Below, one piece after another: positions 46,859 to 59,340 of a stretch of 64,000 bases of DNA. Below the pieces are notes generated by a model. The model searched no databases, was not told the origin of the DNA, and was given only the letters and a program-made list of their open reading frames with translations. Position numbers and translations under genes: made by a program. This DNA is from an uncultured Alphaproteobacteria bacterium (lineage in GTDB: Bacteria > Pseudomonadota > Alphaproteobacteria > HIMB59 > GCA-002718135): positions 56,335 through 120,334 of the forward strand of contig CACIXR010000001.1 in the NCBI GenBank assembly GCA_902590695.1. The letters are read 5' to 3'. Numbering within the stretch: the first letter of the stretch is position 1; the number at the start of each line of letters is the position of its first letter.

Positions 46859-48179
46859 AATAAATATACCAGAATTTGAAGTTTCAGAATTTAATCAAGC
46901 ATTTAAAGAAGTAATTGAGTCAAATTTTAATTATGTAAGAATTAAAGGAGAAATTTCTGAGGTAAAAACCGCTACAAGAGGGCAAATTTATCTAACACTT
47001 AAAGACGAGGATTCTATTTTAAGTGGAGTGATCTGGGATCAGAAAAAAAAATATTTAGATATAAATCCAGAAATAGGACTAGAAATAATAGCAACAGGGA
47101 GAATTACCACTTGGTCTCGCTATAAAACTACTTACCAAATAGATATTGATAAAATCGAAATTGCAGGAGAGGGAGCACTTCTAAAACTTATTGAAGAAAG
47201 AAAAAAAAGACTGCAAAAAAAAGGTTATTTTGATGAAGATAAAAAAATCTCATTACCTTTTTTGCCTGAGAGATTAGGTATTATTACCTCTCCAACTGGC
47301 TCTGTAGTACATGACATAATTAATAGAGTGAATGATCGTTTTCCAATGCCTTTAGATATATGGCCTGTTTCTGTACAGGGTGTTGACGCGGCAGATAGTA
47401 TTATAAATGCTATCGAAGGTTTCAATAAACTTAAATCTAGCAAACCAGATGTTCTTATTATTGCTAGAGGAGGAGGTAGTACTGAAGACTTAATGGCATT
47501 TAATGATGAACATCTTGCAACAAGTGTTTTTGAATCAAAAATACCAATTATTTCAGCAATAGGCCATGAAACAGATACAACAATAATTGATTTAGTATCA
47601 GATTTGAGAGCGTCTACACCAACTGCAGCAGCTGAAAAAGCTACTCCAGTAAAATATGAATTGATAGAAAAAATTAAAAATTTACAACTTAGATTAAACA
47701 CCAAAGTTAATTCACAAATTCAATCCAAAAAGGAAAATTATGATTACTTAAATAAGTTTCTTAAATCCCCAAGCTCAATAGTTAATAATTATAAGGAGAA
47801 GCTTTTAGATGATTTTAAAAATTTAACATTATCAATTGAAAACAAATTTAGCATATCTAAATTGAACCTAATAAATTTAGGCAAATCTGTAATTTCTCCA
47901 GACTCATTATTAAGTTTAAAACAAACAAAGATTGATAATCTTTCAAAAAATCTTAATTTTAATATTGCCAATAACTACAAAGATAATCTTGAAAAATATA
48001 AAGCAAATATCAGACTGCTGAATTCAAATTCTATCTCTTCAAATCTTAAAAAGGGATATTCAGTTTTGATGAATAATACGAAAATTGTTAAGACTACAAA
48101 AAAAATTGCCCCTAATGATCAGTTATCGGTTAAGCTTGTTGATGGTACAATTGATATTAAGGTAAAAAAAATTAACTAA
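46848..48179 (+). CDS. xseA: exodeoxyribonuclease VII large subunit
   Basis: N-terminal OB fold 'VRIKGEISEVK...GQIYLTLKD', 'GIITSPTGSVVHDI' and 'IARGGGSTEDLMAFNDE'. Confidence 0.9.
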   Translation: MIDKINIPEFEVSEFNQAFKEVIESNFNYVRIKGEISEVKTATRGQIYLTLKDEDSILSGVIWDQKKKYLDINPEIGLEIIATGRITTWSRYKTTYQIDIDKIEIAGEGALLKLIEERKKRLQKKGYFDEDKKISLPFLPERLGIITSPTGSVVHDIINRVNDRFPMPLDIWPVSVQGVDAADSIINAIEGFNKLKSSKPDVLIIARGGGSTEDLMAFNDEHLATSVFESKIPIISAIGHETDTTIIDLVSDLRASTPTAAAEKATPVKYELIEKIKNLQLRLNTKVNSQIQSKKENYDYLNKFLKSPSSIVNNYKEKLLDDFKNLTLSIENKFSISKLNLINLGKSVISPDSLLSLKQTKIDNLSKNLNFNIANNYKDNLEKYKANIRLLNSNSISSNLKKGYSVLMNNTKIVKTTKKIAPNDQLSVKLVDGTIDIKVKKIN

Positions 48180-49035
48180 ACCTTTTGTGTTGCCAGAACC
48201 ATTGAGAGGGTTCTGATTTAATCCACTCTTCTATTTTGAGATGTATCGTTTCCATCATTTGATTATCACTGATATTTACATCATTGTGATAAAAAGGCTC
48301 AAGAAAGGTAAGCTCAATTTTTCCATTAACAATTCTTTTATTTTTAATTGGGATTATTGGTAATTTATATTTTCTTGCTAGTTTTAAAAAACCTGTTTGT
48401 GTTTTAACTTTTTGTTTAAAAAATAAAACTTCTTCACCAGAAGAATCTTTCTGATCAATTACAACCAAGATTGACAAAGAGTTTCTTATAGCTTCAGTAA
48501 TATCTTTTGCACTTTTTTTTCCTTTTGGAGTATAAAAACTCTTAGACGATACAAGCGAGTTTGTTCTAATTTTTAATAATAATTTATCTATAAAATGATT
48601 ATTAATATGTCTATATACTGCACCTAGATTTATACCAATTCTATCTAAACTAGGTACTACAACTTCCCAATTAGACTGATGAATACATATAAATATTCCT
48701 TGGGAATTATTTTTAATTAAATTTTCGATATTTTCAATTTTATTGTACTTTATTTTTTTTTTATCAAATAAATAGTTTAACCTAGGAATTTCAGAAATTG
48801 TTCTTCCGAGATTATCCCAACTTTTTTTCACTATACTTTTAACTTCCTCCTCTTTCATATTAGGAAATACATATTTACAATTTTTAATTGCAGTCTTATT
48901 TGCGCCAGAAAATTTACCAAAAGTACTGAACAAAAAAGAAGCAAATTTAGCTGATATATTTAATGGCAAAAATTTAAATAAGAAAAATATTAAAAAAACT
49001 ATAATATATTCAAAAAAATAAATTATATTTTTCAT
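48172..49035 (-). CDS. lpxL: lipid A biosynthesis (lauroyl/Kdo2-lipid IVA) acyltransferase
   Basis: HtrB/LpxL-family layout with N-terminal TM, 'IHQSNWE' (Hx4E) motif and a 'WQHKRF' C-terminus. Part of an lpx gene cluster. Confidence 0.8.
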   Translation of the reverse strand: MKNIIYFFEYIIVFLIFFLFKFLPLNISAKFASFLFSTFGKFSGANKTAIKNCKYVFPNMKEEEVKSIVKKSWDNLGRTISEIPRLNYLFDKKKIKYNKIENIENLIKNNSQGIFICIHQSNWEVVVPSLDRIGINLGAVYRHINNHFIDKLLLKIRTNSLVSSKSFYTPKGKKSAKDITEAIRNSLSILVVIDQKDSSGEEVLFFKQKVKTQTGFLKLARKYKLPIIPIKNKRIVNGKIELTFLEPFYHNDVNISDNQMMETIHLKIEEWIKSEPSQWFWQHKRFS

Positions 49036-50030
49036 ATTGCTAAATCATTTATTTTATTCTCTAAAATGTTACCCAGTATTTCTTTAAGAAGATTTTCATC
49101 TTCAAATTTAATTTCCCCATTCAAAGTGCTTACTAAAGATCGATATGATTTAGGAATTCTTACAAAATCTTTTTTTGTAGTAACTAATACTGATTTTGTA
49201 AGATTTGCATTTTCTGCTAAATTTAACATATCATTTTCATCAAAAATATGATGATCAGGATAGCTAATTTTTTTTTCTAAAATAGCACCTTGTTCAGAAA
49301 GTGAATTATAAAATTTTTCAGGATAAGCAATACCTGCAAAAGCTGTCACTTTTTGATTTTTATATATTTTATTATCAGCACTGATTTGAAATTTAGCATG
49401 AATAATAGGAACAGTACTTGGAATTTTATCTTTAACATCTTGAGATATTTCTCCAATTACAATTACAAGATTTGCTCTGGAAATACCTCTTGATATACTC
49501 TCTCTAAGAGGACCAGATGGGATTACTCGTTTATTTCCAAAACCTTGTTCTCCATTAATTACAATAATTGAAAAATCTTTTTGAAGAGTTGGATTTTGAA
49601 AACCATCATCCATAATTATACAGTCAGCGCCTTGTTCTTTAGCTAGAATAAAGGACTTGTTTCTATCCTGTCCAATCCAAGTTGGTGCAACTTCAGCTAG
49701 TAATAAAGATTCGTCTCCCACACTTTTTGCTGAGTGCCATTCTTTAACAAGGACATTAGATGTTTCAACACCACCATATCCTCTTGAAACAAAATGAGGA
49801 TTATATCCATTAAGTTTTAATAAATTTCCAATTTTTAAAGCAACTGGTGTTTTACCAGCACCTCCCACCACTATATTGCCAATACAAATTACAGGAATTT
49901 CAGAAGATGTTTTTCTACTAACAAAATTTCTTATTTTTGTTCCAAATCTAAACAACAAAGAGAGTGGATATAAGGAATTCGATAAGTATGTGTCATTTTT
50001 TTTATACCAAAATTTAGGAGCTTTAAGCAT
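49032..50030 (-). CDS. lpxK: tetraacyldisaccharide 4'-kinase
   Basis: P-loop 'GGAGKTP' and 'SRGYGG'. Start set at M27 of the track ORF (MLKAPKFWYKK), 1 nt after the waaA stop. Confidence 0.85.
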   Translation of the reverse strand: MLKAPKFWYKKNDTYLSNSLYPLSLLFRFGTKIRNFVSRKTSSEIPVICIGNIVVGGAGKTPVALKIGNLLKLNGYNPHFVSRGYGGVETSNVLVKEWHSAKSVGDESLLLAEVAPTWIGQDRNKSFILAKEQGADCIIMDDGFQNPTLQKDFSIIVINGEQGFGNKRVIPSGPLRESISRGISRANLVIVIGEISQDVKDKIPSTVPIIHAKFQISADNKIYKNQKVTAFAGIAYPEKFYNSLSEQGAILEKKISYPDHHIFDENDMLNLAENANLTKSVLVTTKKDFVRIPKSYRSLVSTLNGEIKFEDENLLKEILGNILENKINDLAI

Positions 50031-50031
50031 T

Positions 50032-51252
50032 TTAATTAATGTACTTTTCGATGTCTTTGAAAAGCTTTTCTTTTTCAAAGAAAGATCTATTAGAAAAATC
50101 AAGTGCATTTGCTTGAATTTTTTTAATTTCCAAATTATTATTTAGTAATTCTTTCATTTTTAAATCAATATCTTCAAACTTATTTACCATTATACATGAA
50201 TTCGCTTTTACCATATCTTCATAAATATTAGTCCAATTATCAACATAATTACCACTAATAATAGCACAACCATAACTTGCAGGCTCTATAGGATTATGTC
50301 CGCCAATATTTTTTAAAAAAGAACCACCTAAAATAACTAAATCACTAATTTTAAAGTATTGATCTAATTTTCCAAAACTATCAATTATTACGATATTATT
50401 TTCTTCAAACTCTTTTTTTGATTCTAAAGATATTTTAAATCCTTCTTTATTTAATTCTTGCTCAATTTTATTAATTCTTTCTGGATGCCTTGGTGCAAGA
50501 TAAATTTTTAAATTAAATTCACAAATTGTTTTTTTTATACATTTAATTATCTCTTTTTCTTCATTAGAATGAGTACTTGCAATCATGATTGTGTTTGATT
50601 GATCTTTATTTATTGATGAATTTTTTTTATTCTTAGCTAATTTTAAATTTCCAACATAATCAATTTGTAAGTTTGTTAATTCTTGAATTCTTTTTTTGTC
50701 ATTTTTACTTTGTGCAAAAATTTTATTAAAACTCTTCAATGAGTTTTTGTAGAAATTTTTTGTACTTTTCCATTTTTTAAAAGAAGTTGGAGATATCCTT
50801 GCATTTAAATATAAACAATTGATATTTTTAATTCTAATTTTACTAAGCATATTTGGCCAAATATCTGACTCTATCCATAGTATCAGATCTGGTTTCCAAA
50901 AGTTTAAAAATCTTGTGCACCATAGAGACACATCAAATGGAATGTACTGATGGGTTATTTTATTTTTATAAAACTCATTAATATATTCAGCTGAAGATTT
51001 TGTTGTTGTAGTAACTAAAATATCAAATACTTTATGATATCGTTCTATAATTAAATCTGAAGATTTAAACTCACCAATACTTGCTGCATGTATCCATAAA
51101 ATTTTTTTCTCACTATTTTTTTTTACTGTTGGCTTCCCAAACCTTTCAACAAATCTAAGCCTATCCTCCTTTTTTCTATAGATACGAATAAAAATATTAA
51201 AAATAATTACTGGTATGAGAAGAGTACTGAGTATTTGATATATTCTAAGCAT
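50032..51252 (-). CDS. waaA: 3-deoxy-D-manno-octulosonic acid transferase
   Basis: 406 aa, N-terminal anchor, 'WIHAASIGE' motif of KdtA/WaaA. Sits between the DUF374 gene and lpxK. Confidence 0.85.
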   Translation of the reverse strand: MLRIYQILSTLLIPVIIFNIFIRIYRKKEDRLRFVERFGKPTVKKNSEKKILWIHAASIGEFKSSDLIIERYHKVFDILVTTTTKSSAEYINEFYKNKITHQYIPFDVSLWCTRFLNFWKPDLILWIESDIWPNMLSKIRIKNINCLYLNARISPTSFKKWKSTKNFYKNSLKSFNKIFAQSKNDKKRIQELTNLQIDYVGNLKLAKNKKNSSINKDQSNTIMIASTHSNEEKEIIKCIKKTICEFNLKIYLAPRHPERINKIEQELNKEGFKISLESKKEFEENNIVIIDSFGKLDQYFKISDLVILGGSFLKNIGGHNPIEPASYGCAIISGNYVDNWTNIYEDMVKANSCIMVNKFEDIDLKMKELLNNNLEIKKIQANALDFSNRSFFEKEKLFKDIEKYIN

Positions 51253-51916
51253 TTAGATTTTTTTCTGCTGATTCCATGCAATCATTAATTTTTCCTTCCA
51301 AGAAATTCTTATATTTATCTAAATCATCATCTTTAGTAGAAGAAGGAATAGTAATTGGCTCACCCCAGACAAATCTACATTTTGAAAATGGATATGTTAT
51401 TAAAAATGAGTCCCAAGATTTAAGTTTAAGATTTTTACTTGAAGCAAAACCAAGTGGTATAATTGGGACTTGAGAATGAATTGCAATTTTTATAATTCCT
51501 TCTGAGACTTTCTTATTTGGTCCTCTCGGTCCATCAGGAGTAATACCAATATAATTTCTATCTTTTAAAATTTTAAATACTTTCCTTAATGAAGGTGATT
51601 TATTTTTTGACATTATAGAAACATTTTTTAAATTAAAATGACCTGCAATATATGCACCAAATCGACCATCACTATGGCTAGATGCCAACATATTTAACAC
51701 AGCTTTACTTTTCCATACATGTCCTATCATCATCAATTGACCATGCCAAAATGCTAAAATAAAAGGTTTATTCTCTCTCCACAATTTTTCTGGCAATTCA
51801 GAGTTTATAATCTGTATTTTAGAAGTGTAACATACGAATAAGATATATAGGTAACCTATAAATGCCAAAATTTTTTGAGATATAGAAAATTTAAAAATTT
51901 TTTTTTTAAAACTCAT
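51245..51916 (-). CDS. DUF374-family lysophospholipid acyltransferase-like protein
   Basis: 'FWHGQ' and 'ITPDGPRGP' motifs. Conserved position between msbA and waaA in alphaproteobacteria. Confidence 0.7.
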   Translation of the reverse strand: MSFKKKIFKFSISQKILAFIGYLYILFVCYTSKIQIINSELPEKLWRENKPFILAFWHGQLMMIGHVWKSKAVLNMLASSHSDGRFGAYIAGHFNLKNVSIMSKNKSPSLRKVFKILKDRNYIGITPDGPRGPNKKVSEGIIKIAIHSQVPIIPLGFASSKNLKLKSWDSFLITYPFSKCRFVWGEPITIPSSTKDDDLDKYKNFLEGKINDCMESAEKNLNA

Positions 51917-53654
51917 TTTCCAACTGTTCTCTTAGTTGTAATTTTTTATAAATAGTTGATTTTGAAATTAACTCTTGATGCTTTCCCTGACTTTCAATTT
52001 TGCCTTTATCTAAAACATAGATAATGTCTGCGTCTTCTATTGTGCTTAATCTATGAGCAATTATTAATTTAGTTTTATTTTTCATAAGACTATTTATTGT
52101 TTCATGAATTTTATTTTCAGTTATGTTATCTAAAGAAGATGTAGCTTCATCCATAATTAAAAGTGGCGCATCTTTTATTAGAGCTCGGGCAATAGCAATT
52201 CTTTGTCGTTGTCCACCCGATAATTTTATTCCGTTTTCTCCAATAACAGTGTCTAGTTTTTGATCCAATTCTTCTGAAAAACTACTCACCCCAGCATTTT
52301 TAGCGACTAAACTAATCTCTTCATCAGTTGCTTTAAGGTTTCCATATTTAATATTGTTAAATATACTCTCATTAAATAAAATTGTTTCTTGAGTCACTAT
52401 TGAAACACTATTTCTTACATCTGTCAGATCTAATTCTTTTATATCTTTAGAATTAATTAATATAGAACCTGAATAATTATCATACAATCGCAAAATTATA
52501 TTTGCTATCGTTGATTTACCAGATCCGGATAAGCCAACTAACGCAACTTTTTTACCTTTTGGTATTCTTAAACTTATTTTATCAAGTACTGTATTATCGT
52601 TATATGCAAATGAAACATCTTTAAATACAATGTCTCCATCTAGATCTAAGGTTTTTTTTGGAGAAATATTTTCCATACTTTTTTCACTTGTATCTAAAAG
52701 TTTAAATATTCTCTCTGCTCCAGCCAGGCCTTCCTGAACACTAATATTTAGATTGCCAAGTGCCTTTACTGGCTGATAAGCCAGAAGAAGACTTACTAAA
52801 AAACTCATAAATTGACCTGTTGTCATACTTTCGTTTAAGACAAATACACCCCCAGCATAAATTGAGAGTGCTACAGCTAAACTTCCAATAAATTCCATTA
52901 AAGGGCTTAAGCGATTGCTAATAAAAGCAGATTTTGTAAAATATTTTTGAATGAAACTTATTGTTTCAAAAGCTCTTTGTTTTTCATAGTTTTCTCTTGA
53001 GTATGCTTTTACTTGTCTAATACCTTTAATGCTCTCAGCTAATACATTGGAAAAAACTGCAATTTCGTTTTGGATAGTGTAAGTAATTTTTCTTATACTC
53101 TTCCCAATTTTTCTTATGGGCCAGATCGCTAAAGGGAATGCAAAAAAAGCAAAAAGAGTTAGGGTCCAACTTTGGTAAAACATATTACCTAGTAAAAAAA
53201 TAATAACTAAAACATCTTTTATAATTCCTGTTACAGATTTAACTATTGCAAGTCTTAAGTAGTAAGTATCATTGATGAGTCTTGAAATTAAATTACCTGA
53301 CTTAGAGTCATTATAAAATTTCATATTCAAATACATGAGTTTTTCAAACATCTGAGTTTGAAGTTTTGCAATAATAGAATGTGCAACTTTACTCATTTGA
53401 TAAGAGTGAGTATATGTTGCCAATCCTTTACAGAGGGTCACTATAATTATTGCAATTGGAATTAAAAATAACATTTCTTTATTACCTTTGATTAAGACTT
53501 CATCAAGTGCAGGTCTTACTAACCAAGCATGTAAACCTGTTGCTGCTGCTGAGATAACCATCATCAATAAAGCTAATATTATTTTGAGTTTATGACTCAT
53601 TAAATAATGAAAAACTATTCTTGAAGTAACTGACTGTTTTTTATTTGAAGACAT
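51906..53654 (-). CDS. msbA: lipid A export ABC transporter (permease/ATPase fusion)
   Basis: Six-TM N-terminal domain, Walker A GLSGSGKST, signature LSGGQRQR, Walker B LIMDEATS. Lies in the lpx cluster. Confidence 0.88.
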   Translation of the reverse strand: MSSNKKQSVTSRIVFHYLMSHKLKIILALLMMVISAAATGLHAWLVRPALDEVLIKGNKEMLFLIPIAIIIVTLCKGLATYTHSYQMSKVAHSIIAKLQTQMFEKLMYLNMKFYNDSKSGNLISRLINDTYYLRLAIVKSVTGIIKDVLVIIFLLGNMFYQSWTLTLFAFFAFPLAIWPIRKIGKSIRKITYTIQNEIAVFSNVLAESIKGIRQVKAYSRENYEKQRAFETISFIQKYFTKSAFISNRLSPLMEFIGSLAVALSIYAGGVFVLNESMTTGQFMSFLVSLLLAYQPVKALGNLNISVQEGLAGAERIFKLLDTSEKSMENISPKKTLDLDGDIVFKDVSFAYNDNTVLDKISLRIPKGKKVALVGLSGSGKSTIANIILRLYDNYSGSILINSKDIKELDLTDVRNSVSIVTQETILFNESIFNNIKYGNLKATDEEISLVAKNAGVSSFSEELDQKLDTVIGENGIKLSGGQRQRIAIARALIKDAPLLIMDEATSSLDNITENKIHETINSLMKNKTKLIIAHRLSTIEDADIIYVLDKGKIESQGKHQELISKSTIYKKLQLREQLENEF

Positions 53655-54517
53655 TAAAAGGTATGTAAAAGTAAAAATAGCATAATTGCAAAAATATTAT
53701 TTTGTCTGAAATAATAATTTGAACTTAACGGTGATGTTATATCCCATTTCTGAATTGCTATATACGTACAAATTGCGATAGTGGCTATAATAATTGAACT
53801 AAGTAAAAAATTTGAGGAATTCCATACGAAATAAGACAATATAATTAAGATAATAAGATAGCATGTTTGAACAAATCTTTTACCATTTTTGTCAAAATAA
53901 ACTGCAGTAGATTTGATTTTATTTAAAACATCATCTGACCTATCTTGGTAGGCATAAATCGTATCATATGCTAACGTCCAAAAAATACATACAAAATACA
54001 ATAAAATAAAATCAAATGTAATTCGTGTATTAAATTGCATTGAAACTATTAGCACACCCCAACTAAAAATAATTCCAAGTAATAATTGTGGGAAGAAAGT
54101 TATTCTTTTCATAAAAGGATATAAAATAACAAATGGCACACTTAACAAACCTAATACAATTGATTTAAAATTAAACTCGAGAAGAATGAAAAAACTAATT
54201 ACCAATAATATTATTAATAATAATATCGCTTCAGTAATAGAAATCTTTTTTGATGCTAAAGGTCTAAATTTAGTACGTGTAACTTTTTGATCAAAATCAA
54301 TATCAATAATGTCATTAATTATACAACCCGCACTTCTCATTAAAAAAGAACCAATTAAAAAAAGTATATACCAAAATAATAGTTTAGAAGTTTCTGTTTT
54401 TAGTAACGCTAAACCAAACCAGCAAGGCCACATTAATAGAAGGAAGCCGATAGGTTTATTAAGTCTGATTAACTCGCAATAATCAAATATTTTTTTTACA
54501 ACTAAGTTATCCCACAT
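53654..54517 (-). CDS. ubiA: 4-hydroxybenzoate polyprenyltransferase
   Basis: 'NDIIDIDFD' (NDxxDxxxD) and the second Asp-rich motif 'YAYQDRSDD', 287-aa polytopic protein. Confidence 0.88.
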   Translation of the reverse strand: MWDNLVVKKIFDYCELIRLNKPIGFLLLMWPCWFGLALLKTETSKLLFWYILFLIGSFLMRSAGCIINDIIDIDFDQKVTRTKFRPLASKKISITEAILLLIILLVISFFILLEFNFKSIVLGLLSVPFVILYPFMKRITFFPQLLLGIIFSWGVLIVSMQFNTRITFDFILLYFVCIFWTLAYDTIYAYQDRSDDVLNKIKSTAVYFDKNGKRFVQTCYLIILIILSYFVWNSSNFLLSSIIIATIAICTYIAIQKWDITSPLSSNYYFRQNNIFAIMLFLLLHTF

Positions 54518-54552
54518 ATATGAATATAATGTTATAATTCTAAATTATTGAA

Positions 54553-55284
54553 ATGAAAATGTCTAAAACACGATTATTTGTCTCAAAAAAATTATCAGCA
54601 AATATTTTAATTTATATAAAAAATAAACAACATCATTTTTTAAAAAATGTTCTTAGAATAAAAAAAGAAGATAATATAAATTTGTTTGATGGTTTTACAG
54701 GTGAATGGTTATCCAAAGTAATTTCAATAAACAGAGATAACATTGTTTTACAAATACAAAACAAATTGAAAGATATTCCTCAAGAAACTGATTTATGGTT
54801 AATTTTTGCTCCAATTAAATCTTATAGAATGAATATTACTATTCAAAAAGCTACTGAGCTTGGCATCACGAGATTAATTCCGATTTTGACTGAATATACA
54901 AACCAATCAAAAATAAATTTTAAAAATTTTGAATTGAATATGATTGAAGCGTCAGAACAATCTGAGAGATTGTCTATTCCGACTTTAGATAAAACAATTA
55001 AACTAGATGATTTAATTAATAATTTTCCATCCGATAGAGGGTTAGTTTTTTGCGATGAAGGAAATGAAAATTTACCAACTATTTACAATGCATTAATCAA
55101 CGAAACAGAAAAATATAAAAAATGGGCTGTCATTATTGGACCTGAAGGTGGTTTTTCTGAAAAGGAACGAAAAAACATCTCTTCATTATCTTCATGTATA
55201 TCCGTCTCTTTAGGAAAAAGAATTCTACGATCAGACACTGCAACTACAGCTGCAATTTTTTCTATTCAATCGGTTATTGAATAA
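54553..55284 (+). CDS. rsmE: 16S rRNA (uracil1498-N3)-methyltransferase
   Basis: 243 aa with 'IGPEGGFSEKE' and 'LGKRILRSDTA' RsmE motifs. Confidence 0.85.
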   Translation: MKMSKTRLFVSKKLSANILIYIKNKQHHFLKNVLRIKKEDNINLFDGFTGEWLSKVISINRDNIVLQIQNKLKDIPQETDLWLIFAPIKSYRMNITIQKATELGITRLIPILTEYTNQSKINFKNFELNMIEASEQSERLSIPTLDKTIKLDDLINNFPSDRGLVFCDEGNENLPTIYNALINETEKYKKWAVIIGPEGGFSEKERKNISSLSSCISVSLGKRILRSDTATTAAIFSIQSVIE

Positions 55285-55382
55285 ATCATAATGAGCGACA
55301 ACCTGTCCTAGAATTTTGCCTCTAAATCACTGGTTAATTTACTGAATAATTTATTTATTAGTGTATACAATAACTAATTTAG

Positions 55383-57792
<2,410 letters not shown>

Positions 57793-57797
57793 TTTAC

Positions 57798-58718
57798 GTG
57801 GATGCTAAATCCTTAGAAGCTGGTTATAGCAATAATTTTCTTTTAAGAAAATTCAAAGGTTATTACGAACTAATGAAACCAAGAGTTATGTCCTTGGTTA
57901 TCTTTACAGCGTTTGTTGGAATGTTTTTGGCACCAGGGCAAATCGGATTCCTAAATAGTTTTATGGTAATAGTTGCTATTGCATTAGGAGCTGGTTCTTC
58001 AGCTGCAATCAATATGTGGTTTGATGAGGATATTGATAAAACTATGGAAAGAACAAAATTAAGACCAATTCCACTTGGAGTAGTTTCAAAAAATGAAGCC
58101 TTAGTAGCAGGAATACTAACAGGAACTATTTCTTTAATTTTGATGCAGTGGTTCTCAAATTCATTAGCAACAAGTTTGCTTCTTTTTACAATTCTTTTTT
58201 ATGTTTTTATTTATACATTTTGGCTTAAACGAACAACTTCATTAAATATAGTTATTGGAGGAGCAGCAGGAGCAATACCTCCAATTATTGGATGGACAGC
58301 AGTTATTCCAGAATTAAATTTTTTACCAATTAGTTTATTTGTAATTATATTTTTTTGGACACCACCTCATTTTTGGGCATTATCAGTATATAGATACAAT
58401 GATTATAAAAATGCTAATGTGCCCATGTTGCCAAATGTAAGTAGCATTGAAGATACAAAAAAACAGATTGTTTATTATGCTGTAATATTAATTTTATCGA
58501 GCTATCTTCCATATTTAGATAACAATGTTGGAATAATATACTTTACTATAGTTACAATTTTAAACTTATTATTATTTAATAGCTCTTTAAAGTTAAAAAA
58601 ATCTAAGGAAAGAAAATCAATACCAAATTCTGAAGGATTAAAATTTTTTGCCATTTCAATCCTTTACTTATTTAGTTTATTTTCAGCATTGTTGATTGAT
58701 CATGTGGTGTTAAGATGA
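57798..58718 (+). CDS. ctaB: protoheme IX farnesyltransferase (heme O synthase)
   Basis: UbiA superfamily with 'YYELMKPRV' and 'NMWFDEDIDKTMERTKLRP'. GTG start. Confidence 0.9.
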   Translation: MDAKSLEAGYSNNFLLRKFKGYYELMKPRVMSLVIFTAFVGMFLAPGQIGFLNSFMVIVAIALGAGSSAAINMWFDEDIDKTMERTKLRPIPLGVVSKNEALVAGILTGTISLILMQWFSNSLATSLLLFTILFYVFIYTFWLKRTTSLNIVIGGAAGAIPPIIGWTAVIPELNFLPISLFVIIFFWTPPHFWALSVYRYNDYKNANVPMLPNVSSIEDTKKQIVYYAVILILSSYLPYLDNNVGIIYFTIVTILNLLLFNSSLKLKKSKERKSIPNSEGLKFFAISILYLFSLFSALLIDHVVLR

Positions 58719-58822
58719 AAAACAGAAGAAGAAAAAATATTATAACTTTAATAATCTTGCTTTGTATTGTTGCATTCTTTTATTTATGGACTTTATTTAA
58801 GGCTAATATTTTTGGAGTATAA
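58715..58822 (+). CDS. 35-aa single-pass membrane protein (below the ORF-track cutoff)
   Basis: MKNRRRKNIITLIILLCIVAFFYLWTLFKANIFGV. ATGA overlap with the ctaB stop, and its TAA shares a base with the ctaG ATG, so it exactly fills the ctaB-ctaG gap. Confidence 0.5.
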   Translation: MKNRRRKNIITLIILLCIVAFFYLWTLFKANIFGV

Positions 58823-59337
58823 TGACAAATACTAGAACAGCTATAGGATTATCATTTATTGTTTTAACAATGATTACATTAGTAGCTTTCTCTGTACCCT
58901 TATATGATTTATTTTGTCGTGTTACCGGTTATGGTGGTAAGACAAGTACATCTGAGTTCCTCTCATCATCAATTTTAGAAAGAGATATTAACCTTAACTT
59001 TAATGCTGATGTAAATGATAGTATAAATTGGACTTTTACTGCACCAGAAAATATCAAATTTAAAGTGGGTGAAAATAAACTTGTTAATTATACAGCAACT
59101 AATCTATCTGAAATTGAAACTATCGGTACTGCGACATTTAATGTTTTGCCAGAAAAGGTTGGTCCTTATTTTATTAAGACTCAGTGTTTCTGTTTTGAAA
59201 AGCAGGCTTTGAAACCTGGAGAAACAGTTCAAATGCCAGTTGTGTTTTATATTGATCCCTCAATTAATCAGGATCCAACAATGAAAGATGTTGAAGAGAT
59301 AACATTGTCATATACCTTTTTTAAATATATAGATTAA
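58822..59337 (+). CDS. ctaG: cytochrome c oxidase assembly protein CtaG/Cox11
   Basis: N-terminal TM segment, 'LYDLFCRVTGYGG', and the copper-binding 'CFCF' motif. Confidence 0.92.
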   Translation: MTNTRTAIGLSFIVLTMITLVAFSVPLYDLFCRVTGYGGKTSTSEFLSSSILERDINLNFNADVNDSINWTFTAPENIKFKVGENKLVNYTATNLSEIETIGTATFNVLPEKVGPYFIKTQCFCFEKQALKPGETVQMPVVFYIDPSINQDPTMKDVEEITLSYTFFKYID

Positions 59338-59340
59338 TAA

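Noticed and set aside
47225-47704. 159-aa antisense ORF inside xseA, and similar long antisense ORFs at 61028-61426, 15739-16065, 24275-24553, 10336-10617 and 9495-9788
   Set aside because: All lie fully inside well-supported genes on the other strand. They have low-complexity or odd composition, no recognisable motifs and no RBS. They are best explained as shadow ORFs caused by codon bias of the sense gene.
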